DNA of 22,382 bases from Veleropilina oligotropha. Lineage: Eukaryota. The first letter of the stretch is position 1. Each line of letters begins with the position of its first letter. Below the pieces are notes generated by a model. That model had not been told where the DNA came from, did not search any database, and saw nothing but the letters and a program-made list of their open reading frames with translations. The stretch spans positions 124,001 through 146,382 of the forward strand of contig JBEUKZ010000114.1 in NCBI GenBank assembly GCA_048128005.1, read 5' to 3'. Shown here in pieces: positions 1-11,213 of this stretch. Made by a program: the position numbers and the translations under genes.

Positions 1-200
1 TAACGAAAGAAATAGTTTCTATATTGAACATGAAGTTTTTACACATGATCTTCGGCAGAGCTGAAATCGTAATTTTAGGAACGCGGTTTTTTAGTAACAA
101 CAATAGAATATTTAAAATGGGTTCTTTCACGGAGAAACGAAGTTGGAATAGAAATTTTTTCAAAAGGTATGATTTTATTTTATTGAAGTAAGATAAATTC

Positions 201-336
201 GTTGTCGGCATAGCCCTCGTGAAATATGGGTCTATGTACCGTTTGTGAGAATTTATTAACCTCGACTTCGTCTCGGTTAATAAATTATCACAAACAGGTA
301 CATAGACCCATATTCCCCTCGGGCAATGCCGACAAC
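201..336. repeat. Long imperfect palindrome (~60-bp arms), probably part of a non-autonomous DNA transposon (MITE/Crypton-like)
   Basis: Left arm gttgtcggcatagccctcgtgaaatatgggtctatgtaccgtttgtgagaatttattaacc matches the reverse complement of the right arm (gttgtcggcattgcccgaggggaatatgggtctatgtacctgtttgtgataatttattaacc). The centre is cctcgacttcgtctcgg. LINE homology stops abruptly at ~341. Superfamily assignment is tentative. Confidence 0.75.
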
Positions 337-340
337 TTAT

Positions 341-2937
341 TATGTCTGTGTCTGATTTTTTAAGTGATGCAAGTTGTAAATCTATTATTGGTGCTTTTAG
401 TGTCCATAGTGGTGTGTCATGAATGGAATCTGTTTCTATGTGGTCTAAAGTAATGCCAGAGTTTCTTAGGGCAGGTTTTATGCGAATGCCAAATGGTGGA
501 ATTGTTCTTGGATTGCTACAAACAAAGTTTCATAAATTGGTGTGAAAACTGTTTCGAAAGCTGGGTTGGATGGATTAGTTTGTAATTTAATAGCATATTG
601 TAGTGATAGTTTTTCACGTCTGTGTGTAAGTGATGGTTCATTTGCCTTAACATAGAGGCCTTCCATGGGTGATGTGCGGAAAGCCCCTAGTGCAAGTCGA
701 AAACCTTGATTATGTATTGGATCAAGCATTTTGAGATAAGAACGACGAGCAGAGCCGTATACAATGCTCCCATAATCAAGTTTTGATCTAATTAGTGATC
801 TATAAAGTTTTAATAACATTTTTATCAGCACCCCATTCAGTATTAGAAACTACTTTCAGTAAATTTAAAGCTTTTTGCCATTTAGCTTTGATGTATTTTA
901 TATGAGGTATGAAAATGCCAAAATTGTCAACAAATAATGAACAGTCTGTGCCAGTACTAATACATTTGACAATACTGTTTATTTTAATACTGAATAGGGT
1001 GACTGATAAAATACTTCCTTGATGGACACCCATCTCCTGGTCGTGGAAATCGGAGAGGGTATCACCCACCTTGACATTAAAATTTCTATCCTCAAGGAAT
1101 TTCGAAATAAAATTGGGCAAGTGGCCCTTTAAACCAAAATCAAACAAACAATTCATTATCCCGTACTTCCAAGTAGTGTCGTAGGCCTTCTCTAGATCGA
1201 AAAAACATCAACTAAATGTTGTCTGTTTAGGAAGGCCCTACGAACAAAAGTTTCCAGACGTACCAAATGATCAGTTGTGCTCCGGTTCCTACGGAATCCA
1301 CTTTGGTATTCTGTTAATAAATTATTGGATTCAAGATACCAACTAATCTCTCGTTTATCATCCGTTCCATGGTTTTACAAATACAACTCGTCAGGGCTAT
1401 TGGTCGATAACTGTTAGGATGTGATGGATCTTTCCCTGCCTTTGCAATTGGGATAACGGTAGCTTCTCTCCACGAGGGAGGAAATATTCCAGCTTCCCAG
1501 ATAGTATTGAATATTGCAAGTAATGCTGTAAGTGATGTTTCAGGCAAATGCTTAAATAATTGATAGTGAATGTCATCAGGTCCAGCTGATGTGTCATGTG
1601 CCTTGTTGAGTGAATCTGCGAGTTCTTTGCGTGTAAATAAATGGTTGGTTGTATAAATCTGAACTGTTAGACCTAAAGTTGAGCCTTGTTTTTGTTTTTG
1701 TTTTTTTAAACGAGTAAATTTTGGTGTGCAGTTATCGGATGATGAATTGGCAGAAAATGTGTCTGCCAAAGTGTTTGCGATGTCTTTAGCTGTGTTGGCT
1801 TCTGAAGTGTTTGTTTTAAGGCGCTTGGTGCAGTTGGGTGTATGTCTGCCACTGATTTTACGGATCATATCACGTTTTTTTAATAGTGGAACGAGAGTTT
1901 AGTTTGGTAACGTAACAACGCCAGGATTCCCTTTTGCTTTGTTTGATGGTACGTCTGGCTTTAGCCCTTAATATACTATAGCTATTAAGGTTTTGTAATG
2001 TAGGGTTGTGTTTGAATGTTGAAATTGCATGTATGCGTGCTTTGATTGCTTGTCTGCAGTCTTCATTAAACCAAGATCTGCTTTTGTGTTTTGCATTTGA
2101 ACAGGTCTTTGGCATTGAGTGTTGCAATGTCGTGTAGTATTGTAGAGAAGCTTGCTATTGGGTCTTCGCCATTAGTAACGTGGTCTGGGTGTAATTGCTC
2201 TTCGCAGCGATTGGAATGTATGCCAATCTGCTTTGCGAAGTTTCCACCTTTCTGTATGTTCTTGTGCTTGGTTGATTGTGCTTTCCAGAAAAATTGGAAA
2301 GTGGTCGCTTCAGCAGAGGTCTGTACCAACTTTCCAATTATAATCCAGGAAAACAGATGGATCACCCATGGTAAGGTCAATGGTGGTAAGTGAGCCTGTA
2401 GGTGGATGAATGTATGTAGGCGATTTGTTAGTGTTAAATATACACAAATTGTGTCTCCCAATAATGTCCTCTATTTGATGCCCCCGTTTATCAGTATCAG
2501 TACCACTCCAATCAGTACTGTGGGCGTTAAAGTCGCCACACAGTATAAATGGGGTCTGTAGCTGATCGATAAGATCGTCAAGGTCAGTAGAACATAAGTT
2601 TGTACTAGGTGTTAAGTATACCGAGCAAATAGTTGTTACTTGGTGAGTCGATATTTTCACTGCTACTGCTTGTAAGTTGGTGTTTAAGTAAATTGTTGAT
2701 CTGACTGTGTGGTGTTTTGTTATTTATGATGATTGAAACGCCCTCTGTTGCTTTGTTACCTGTGGTAACGATGTGGTTGTACAGTGAATGATCTTTGACC
2801 TGTATGTTGTCTGTGAGTTTCATGTATGTTTCATTGAGACAAAATGCTATTGGTTGGTGGTCTTGAACAAGTAGATTGATCTCATCAATATTTGGTTTAA
2901 TGCCTCTACAATTCGATTGTTTTAGTGTGCCTGCCAT
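341..2937 (-). pseudogene. LINE ORF2 remnant (APE endonuclease + reverse transcriptase), copy A
   Basis: EN motifs NCRG, CLNET, GDFNAHS, TIDLT. RT motifs YRPIALTSCICKTMERMIN, GVHQGSILS, FVDN (catalytic DD changed to DN), RSKLDYGSIVY. Many frameshifts and stops, plus a ~0.24-kb deletion near 912 relative to copy B. Confidence 0.92.
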
Positions 2938-3574
2938 GTTGTGTTAATGGTGTATTGTATAAATATTCGGTGTGTATTGCTTGCCCAATTACTACTTGTG
3001 TGGTGCAAGTACGGGATTTTTCTGTATTTGAGGTTTATCTGATGGTCGATCCAATGGTTGACAGTCGGTGGTGGCTTAGATGGTTCATCCACCACCTTTG
3101 TCGGTTGATTCAGCTTTGCCCTCGCTGCTGTCGCCTTTCTTGCCTTTTCAGTGGCAGCAGCCATTTCCTCGGCAAGGTCCAGGACGATGGTGTCAAGAAG
3201 ATCGCTTTGATCATATGATGGCTCGACGGTATCCTACAAATAATCAAATCGATTATGCAGCTTAATTGGGGTATCAGACCCTTGGAGCTGCCTCTCGCTA
3301 GTAGGCTTTCTATGTGGTGTAGGTATGGAAGTTACTGGTTTCCTTGGGGTGTTCAGTGTAGAATGCCATGTTTGTGTTGGCTCTGTTGATGATGATAGCT
3401 TAGGGCGAGATGGCAATACTCTATAGTTAGGAGAATCAAATGACCAGGTGATATCGGTTTGCACCGAGGAAGATCGAGTTGATGGTTTGGGCCCAGCTCC
3501 TGCAGTAATTGCCGTATAAGAACTACCCGAAGGAGCCATTGACGTCCTGGACTCAACGATCCTTTTGGCGTCTG

Positions 3575-4182
3575 TAATACACTGTCACTTAATGTATGGA
3601 TTATTGCTTTGGGGTACCATGTTATAACAGCATCATATAAAAAAAATATTCATTCTACAAAAGAAGTGTATCAGACTTATTACCAACGCCAAGTATAATT
3701 CCTCAAGTAATCCATTATTTAAGCGACTAAATATATTAAAACTTTATGACTTGATTGAATTAGATTTGTTGAAAATGGGATATAAATACAATAATAAAAT
3801 GTTACCACTTGCCCTTGAAAATCTATTTACAAATAACTCTGAAGTTCATGCCTACAATACAAGAAATAGACACAATCCTATAATCCATCCTCATTCTAAG
3901 TCAATTTACAATCGCAGTCTACTTTGCAAAATGCCGTCATTGTGGGGGAATCTTCCACCTAACGTAAGAAATTCGGTCTCAATTCATGCATTTACAAAAC
4001 ATATTGCAAACAACAAAATTAATAATTATTAAATACAAAACTGGATTATAAGTGACACCTACTTGCCAAAAATTATATTTAACAGTATAAATGACATCGG
4101 TGTGGCAATTTGTATCAGTATGATAATGTATAATTTATATTATTTGCATCATTATAGGTTGGACTATCATATATGTATGTTT

Positions 4183-4222
<40 letters not shown>

Positions 4223-4735
4223 CTGAGTCTGAATGTGTGTATCAAGTGTGTGTTCGTCTTGTTTATTAATATGTACACTGTATGTTAAATTGTTTTATCG
4301 TTGTAAAATCACATCGAAACTATACATAAAATGAATTCATTATAGGCCTATTGTATGTAAATAGTAACAATTCAGATGCTACTGCTGTATTGTCTATTAA
4401 TATTTTACTATTTCATATGTGCTTATAAATTTATGCAGCTTATATGCTTCTATAATGTACTAATATGATATCGATAGGTGTATGAGTGTGTGCATGTCCT
4501 TCAAAATGTGTGTATATCTATGTAATATGTTGCATTGTTCTAGTTATAACGTTTCTATTTTCAATTATTTCTATAAACAATTATTTTAATATTGTATATC
4601 ATAGGGTGGCGCCACCTCCCGAGGAACAGTCTCTATTGACTCCGGTGCCATCCTTCCTCTCCATTCTTATTATAAATCCTTGTATCTACTCTGTACTATT
4701 TTAATAGAAGGTAAATAAACATCTATCTATCTATC
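3575..4735 (+). mobile_element. 5'-truncated CR1-group (Crack/L2/Daphne-like) LINE: ORF2 C-terminus, 3' UTR and (CTAT)n tail
   Basis: The frame from 3577 reads HCHLMYGLLLWG..*..ILQKKCIRLITNAKYNSSSNPLFKRLNILKLYDLI..HAYNTRN..LWGNLP, ending at 4032. There is a 3' UTR stem at 4603-4654, and the element ends in aataaacatctatctatctatc. Copy A ORF1 resumes directly after it. Confidence 0.85.
4190..4221. repeat. (GT)n microsatellite in the 3' UTR of the nested LINE
   Basis: About 16 uninterrupted TG units. Confidence 0.95.
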
Positions 4736-4925
4736 CGCGAAGGACATTCGGTCGATAGTTTTGACGCGCTGTATCTCATTCTCGTGCTTCCAGTTCGGGC
4801 AGTCTTTTGAGTAAACACAGTGCTTACCCTGGCAATTTCTGCATCAAGGTGTCTTTGTGCATGAGTCAGACTCGTGACCTTCCTCGCTGCATCGAGCACA
4901 TGTTGAATTTCTCCTGCATCGATCT

Positions 4926-4929
4926 ATAT

Positions 4930-4960
<31 letters not shown>

Positions 4961-5171
4961 AATATATATATATATAAATATATATATATATAAATATATA
5001 TATAAATATAAATAAATATAAATATAAATATATATATATGGGTGGGTGCGTGCGTGCGTGCGTGCATGCGTGCGTACGTGCATGCATGTATGTATATATA
5101 TGTATATGTATATGTATATATGTATATGTATATATGTATATAATATATAATACATATATGTATATGTATAT
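4926..5171. repeat. Compound microsatellite (TA)n / (GCGT)n / (TATATG)n
   Basis: Seen directly. It separates the 5'-truncated end of LINE copy A from the 3' tail of copy B. Confidence 0.95.
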
Positions 5172-5590
5172 GTTTTGAATTGAATTGATGTTTAACGACC
5201 ACGCCGACACAAAAAGGTCATAATCGGGTCGGGCAAATTGATTATACAATAATTTAATATAGAATGTTAAAATATGTGTTATACATTTACTAATAAAATA
5301 CCAATAAAATATAACATGTAAATATAATAATAACAAGTCAATATATTTACAAGTAAAATAAACAATGCAAATTTAGATAAAAACAAATCAATAAAAGGGA
5401 ACAAATTAAAATCAATAAGCAAATGATTTAATAAAAGCAAAGTAAAGAAGTAAAAACAAGGATTAGTAAACTTATATTTAGATTAAAACAAAGTAATGAA
5501 AGTAATAAAGTAAAGAGAAAATGGTTGATAAAAACAAGTATAATATTAAATACAAGATATACAATTTGTGAGATAAAATATAAATGAAAT

Positions 5591-8500
5591 TTATAACTTG
5601 TAAAAAATATTTATCTTTTTTAAAAACTCGAAAATAACTTCGAGCTTTATGGCATTGAAAAACTCTTGGAGTGAGTTTGCCCTAAAGTGATTTTGGCGTT
5701 TGAGATCCAGATCGACACAATCCAGTAATATATGTTTAATTGTTAGGGCAGTTGGACAAGGAATACACTCGGGTGGAGGCTCCCCTTTAAGCACGTAGGA
5801 GTGAGTGTAGTGAGAATGCCCAATCCTCAGTCTGGCCAAGACGACCTCCTCTCGCCGAGTTGGTCTGCAAGTGGGGCCCCAATCGCCTAGAAGAGGTGGA
5901 CATTCTGCAATTTATTCCCTGTGCATTCACTCCAAGAGTGCCCGCCAAGTAGAATTTATATAATTATTTATGCTTTGGTTAAAATCGGAGTGTGGTAATT
6001 TACAATTTAGTATATTGTTAAAATGTGAGGCTGCCTTGGCAGCTTGGTCAGCCTTCTCATTGCCTTGGATACCGATATGGCTCGGTATCCAGCATAACAT
6101 AATGTCATTGCCAGGTAATAGGTTGTTATATATAGCTTGTTTCTATTCATCTCCCTCAGTGCTTGTAAGCTAGAGAGGGAGTCTGAATAGACAATAAAAC
6201 GCCTATTAGTACTATTTGATATAACATTCAATGCAAGTTCGATTGCCTTAAGTTATGCAGTAAATATAGTCGCGCTGCCTGGCATACGGTTTTGAAAACG
6301 TTGTCTGCCAGTGACAGCGGCTGATGTGTCTGTGTTGGATTTTTTCAGTGAAGTAAGTTGTAGGTATATTACCAGTACATATAGTGTCCAAGGTGGGGTA
6401 TCCGGAATGTGATTTGTTCTAATTTGACCTATATGTATGCCAGAGTTTTCTACAGCCGGTTGTATGCGGATGCCAAATGGTGCAATTGTGTTTGGTTTTG
6501 CCTGAAATAGATTTTTGTAATTTGGTGCAAATACAGTTTCGAAAGCTGGATTGGACGGATTTGATTTCGATTTACTTGCATATTGTAGTGATAATTTTTT
6601 ACGTCTGTGTGTAAGTGATGGTTCATTTGCTTCAACATAGAGGCTTTCCGCAGGTGATGTACGGAAGGCCCCAAGTGCAAGTCGAAGCCCCTGATTATGG
6701 ATTGGATCAAGCATTTTGAGGTAAGAGCAGCGAGCAGAGCCATACACAATGCTCCCATAATCAAGCTTTGATATAATTAGTGATCTATACAGTCTTAATA
6801 AAACTTTTTTATCAGCACCCCATTCAGTATTATAAACTACTTTCATTATATTTAAAGCCCTTTTACATTTGGCTTTGATGTATTTTATATGAGTTATGAA
6901 AGACAGTTTGCGGTCAAATATAAGGCCTAAAAATTTAAATTGGTCCACCACTGGAATCTCCAAGTCATCCAGTTTTAGCACAGGGTCGTCATGAATTTAA
7001 CGACGCTGGCAGAAATGCATGCATTTAGTTTTGTCCTTTGAGAATTTAAATCCGTTCTCATCGGACCATGTCTGTAATTGATTTAGGCCATGTTGTAGCT
7101 GACGTTCTATACTGTTCATATTTGTTGAATGATAGCAAATGCCGAAATCGTCAACAAATAATGAACAGTCTGTGCCAGTACTAATACATTTGACGATACT
7201 GTTGATCTTAATACTGAATAGGGTGACTGATAAAATACTTCCTTGAGGGACACCCATCTCCTGGTCGTACATATCGGAGAGGGTGTCATCCACCTTGATT
7301 TTAAAAGTTCTATCCTCAATGAATTTTGAAATAAAATTGGGCAAGTGGCCCTTTAAACCAAAATCAAACAAATCCTTCATAATCCCGTACTTCCAAGTAG
7401 TGTCGTAGGCCTTCTCTAGATCGACAAAAAACAGCAACTAAATGTTGTCTGTTTAGGAAGGCCTCACGAACAAAAGTTTCAAGACGTACCAAGTGATCTG
7501 TGGTGCTCCGGTTGCGCCGGAACCCACTTTGATATTCTGTAAGTAAATTATTGGATTCAAGATATCAAACTAATCTCTCGTTTATCATCCGTTCCATGGT
7601 TTTACAAATACAACTGGTCAGGGCTATGGGTCGGTAACTGTTAGGATATGATAAATCTTTCCCTGCCTTTGCAATTTGGATAATGGTACCTTTCCTCCAT
7701 GAGGGATGGGAGATTCCCGTTTCCCAGATAGTGTTGAATATTGCAAGTAATGTTGTAAGTGATGTTTCGGGTAAGTGCTTAAGTAATTGATAGTGAATGT
7801 CATCAGGTCCAGCTGATGTGGCATGTGCCTTATTGAGTGAGTCTGAGAGTTCCTTGTGTGAAAATGGTTGGTTGTATGTATGACTCTGTATTGCTTAATC
7901 TAAAATTCAGCCTTGTTTTTCTTTATGATGTTGAAAACGGCTGAATTTTGGAGTGCAGTTGTCGGATGTTGAATTGGCAGAAAATGTCTGCCAAGGTGTT
8001 TGCGATGTCTTTAGCTGTGTTGGCTTCTGAGTTGTTTGTTTTAAGGTGCTTGATGCGGTTGGGTGTATGATTGCCGGCGATTTTACGGATCATATACCAT
8101 GTTTTTTTAATACTGGAACGATAGTTTAGTTTGGTAACGTAGGAATGCCAGGATTCCCTTCTGCTTTGCTTGATGGTATGTCTGGCTTTTGCTCTTAATA
8201 GCCTAAAGCTATTAAGATTGTGTAGTGTTGGGTGCTGTTTAAATGTTGAAATTACATGTATGCGTGCTTTGATTGCTTGTCTGCAGTCTTCATTAAACCA
8301 AGGTTTATTTTTGTGTTTGGCATTTGGACAGGTTTTTGGAATTGAGAGTGTTGCAATGTCATGTAGTGTTGTAGAGAAACTTGATATTGGGTCTTCGCCA
8401 TGAGTTAATAGATGCGAGTGTAATTGCTCTTCGCAAAGAGATTGGAATTTCTCCCAATCTGCTTTGCGAAGTTTCCACCTTTCTGTATGTTCTTGTGCTT

Positions 8501-9155
8501 GTGCTTTCCAGGAAAATTGGAAAGTGGTCGCTTCCGTGGAGGTCCTCACCAACTTTCCAAGTAAAGTCCAGGAAAGCAGATTGGTCGCACATGGTAAGGT
8601 CAATGGTGGTAAGTGAGCCTGTAGGTGGATGCATGTATGTTGGCGATTTTGTATTATTAAATAAACACAGATTGTGTTTCCCAATAAAGTCCTCTATTTG
8701 ATGTCCCCGTTTGTCTGTCAGTACCGCCTCAATCCGTACTGTGCGCATTAAAATCGCCACACAGTACAAATGGGGTCGGTAACTGATCCATGAGATTGTC
8801 AAGGTCAGTAGGTCGTAAGTTTGTACCAGGTGATACGTATATCGAGCAGATAATTATTACTCGGCGAGTCGATATTTTCAACGCTACTGTCTGTAAATTG
8901 GTGTTTAAGTTGACATGGCTGTGTGGTGTTTTGTTGTTGGTGATGATTGACCCCCTCCCCCCCTGTAGCCTTGTCACCTGTGGTGACAATGTGATTATAT
9001 AGTGAATGATCTTTAATGCGTATGTTGTCTGTGAGTTTCATGTAAGTTTCATTGAAACAAAATGCGGTTGGTTTGTGGTCTTGTATTAATAGACTAATCT
9101 CATCAATATTGGGTTTAATGCCTCTACAATTCCCTTGTATTATTGTGCCTGACAT
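5591..9155 (-). pseudogene. LINE ORF2 polyprotein (APE endonuclease, RT, RNase H, C-terminal CCHC), frameshifted
   Basis: EN: GNCRG, GDFNAHS, GSDHFPI. RT: DLEKAYDTTW, GVPQGSILS, LFVDD. RNase H: VYSDSLSSLQAL and WIPSHIGIQGNEKAD (read from ~6050-6095). Zinc finger: CIPC..TIKHILLDC. Split over many ORF-track fragments. Confidence 0.93.
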
Positions 9156-9209
9156 GCTGGTTTAATGGTGTATTAGTATATTTGCGTGTAATGTTATGTT
9201 TAAATTTGT

Positions 9210-10678
9210 CTATTTGTTAGGTGGAAGTACGAGCTTTATGGCAGGTTTCGGTTTGTGCTGGCGACCCAATGGTTCATCGCTTTCCATTGGATCGTTGGAA
9301 GCGGCCTAGGTGGTTCGGGGCTCTCCGTCTGCCGGTGTAATTTGGCTGCTTCTGCCCTCCCACCCTTCGTGGCAGCAGCAACATTTTACGAAGCAAGGTC
9401 CTCTATAATAATATCGGTATCAATTTGGTCATCTGGTGGTTCGTTGGTATCCATCAGGTGACCAAAGAGATTATACAGCTTAATAGGGTCCTCGGACCCT
9501 TTGGGCTTTCTCGCTGATTTTGTATATTTCTTAGAGGCTGCTGATTTATGGACAGCAGCAGTCTCTTTTGTAGAGTTGCGAGTAGGTTTTGTTGAAGGTT
9601 TAATAGGTTTTATTGATTTTGATGTTTGAGTTGATTCTGATGATGATGCTAAATTGTTTCGAGATGGCAAAGTACTGAAGAATGCTTCGCCAAATGGCCA
9701 GGTAATGTCAGTTTGTGTCGAAGAGGATCGAGTGACTGGCTTTTGCTCCGTTGCTGCAACAATTGCAGCACAGGATCTGCCCTAAGTAGTGCGGGATTCC
9801 ACCAGTTTCCTGGCATCCGGAAAAGAGATCCGGTCGATAGTCTTGACCCCCTGGATCTCTTTCTCGTGCTTCCACTTCTGACAGTCCTTGGAGTAAGCGC
9901 AATGCTTACCCCTGCAGTTACAGCATAGGGGTGGCTTGGAGCACGAGTCGGACTCGTGACCATCTTCGCTACATCGAGCACATACGGGATTCCTTCAGCA
10001 TCGGTCCTTGTGATGCCCAAATGACTGGCATTTGAAGCATCTCAAGGGGTTTGGAATGTAGGGATCTATAGGGATGTTGATATAACCAGCTTTCACAGAC
10101 TTTGGAAGTACTGGAAGGCGGAAGTCCAGGATGATGGTGTTGACGGGGACTTTCTTCCCATCCTTGAACATTGCCAGGCGTGTAAACTTCGTTACACCCT
10201 GACTCGATATGCCTTCCAGCAGTTCGGATTCACTGCATCCCTGCAGGTCCCTAGATCTAATTACTCCCTTGGAGCTATTAAAAGACCGATGCGGTCTGAC
10301 TTCGACTGGAATGTTAACAAATTTGTCAGAACAAATCAGATTCTCCGCATGGCTCTTCCTGGCGCATTCCACCAGTAATGTGCCATCTCGAAGTTTCTTG
10401 ACATATCGAGGTTCGCCTGTAAGGCCGAGGATGGCCTTGGAGATAGCAAACGGACTCAGTGAAGTAATTTGAGTATTCGCGTTAAGGGCCTCGATCGTCA
10501 AGAAACGTGGCCAGCTTTCCGGTACAGGAGGTGGGGGATTTGGCTTGTAAGTAGCCTCTATCTCCGGGTCGTATGGAATTGACCGGATTGCGGCCATATA
10601 TTTGGCATCATCGTCGTCAGAATCAATTTCAACAGATATATTTTTGCGCCTCTTATGTGCGTGAGTGTGGTGTGCCAT
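9210..10678 (-). pseudogene. LINE ORF1 gag-like nucleic-acid-binding protein with three zinc knuckles
   Basis: WPRFLTI..LSPFAISKAI..VKKLRDGTLLVEC..YIPNPLRCFKCQSFGHHKDRC, a premature stop at 9995, then CARCSEDGH..C and CCNCRGKH..C. The low-complexity tail is disrupted further on. Confidence 0.88.
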
Positions 10679-11213
10679 AGTGTTCTTTTAGTGTTTCATC
10701 ACCCGAGGTCCCCGCCCACCCCGGAGCCCAACAAGGGGGCATTTAATGGGTGCGGAATTCCAGCACCCAATGCCAGGGATACCCGGGTGATATACTCAAA
10801 TAAGAGAATGAATATTAGTGGTGGGAAGTGTATATTCCACCATTCATTCCTCACTTGATTGACCCTTCAGCCACCGCCTTCTGGGATATAGATCAAAGAG
10901 TGGTATATGATCTATTGTATTAAATGAATTAAGGTGTTAATGTATAATATATTAAATGTTATATTTAAATTATCCCAGGGCACGGCATGACAAGCCGATT
11001 GATCAGATAGGGCCTATCTGACCTCCCATCTAACTGAATCCGCGTCCAAAGTAGTGTGTTGCTTTAGCCGAAGCAGAAGCTCAACTACCAGGACCCTCTT
11101 TTCCAACAGCACGGGTCGCCACCGACGGCAAACAGGTGGCTCCCATTTGGGGGGATCTTACCCCTCTGCAGATAGAGCAGTCGGCATATTCTAACCCCTA
11201 ACCGACATGGGGC

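Larger units (their letters stand above)
341..4926 (-). mobile_element. Degenerate non-LTR retrotransposon, I/Nimb-type LINE, copy A (truncated at both ends, interrupted at ~3575-4735)
   Basis: Collinear nucleotide similarity to copy B (~6320-10005). Fragmented ORF1 and ORF2 carry APE and RT motifs. Confidence 0.92.
2992..4926 (-). pseudogene. LINE ORF1 (gag-like zinc-knuckle protein) remnant, copy A, split by a nested LINE
   Basis: 4738-4926 encodes CARCSEEGHESDSC and a further Cys/His knuckle matching copy B ORF1. 2992-3574 encodes the S/T/P/K-rich tail (VQTDITW, PIKLHNRF). Confidence 0.8.
5172..11213 (-). mobile_element. Apparently full-length (~6.0 kb) but inactivated I/Nimb-type LINE, copy B
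   Basis: ~535-nt 5' UTR, ORF1 (10678-9210), ORF2 with APE-RT-RNase H-CCHC (9155-5591), AT-rich 3' UTR, terminal stem-loop (cgacc...ggtcg) and a short (CAATT)-type tail at ~5172-5190. Confidence 0.93.

Noticed and set aside
4063..4704. Short plus-strand ORFs (68 and 72 aa)
   Set aside because: They lie in the AT-rich 3' UTR and (GT)n tract of the nested LINE and have no protein-like features.
4844..5336. ORFs of 92-156 aa rich in Y/I/H
   Set aside because: They are translations of the (TA)n/(GCGT)n microsatellite. Only the last ~25 codons of 4844..5155 are real LINE ORF1 sequence.
11191..11203. Telomere-like ctaacccctaacc
   Set aside because: Only about two imperfect units, and it is part of the LINE 5' structured motif.
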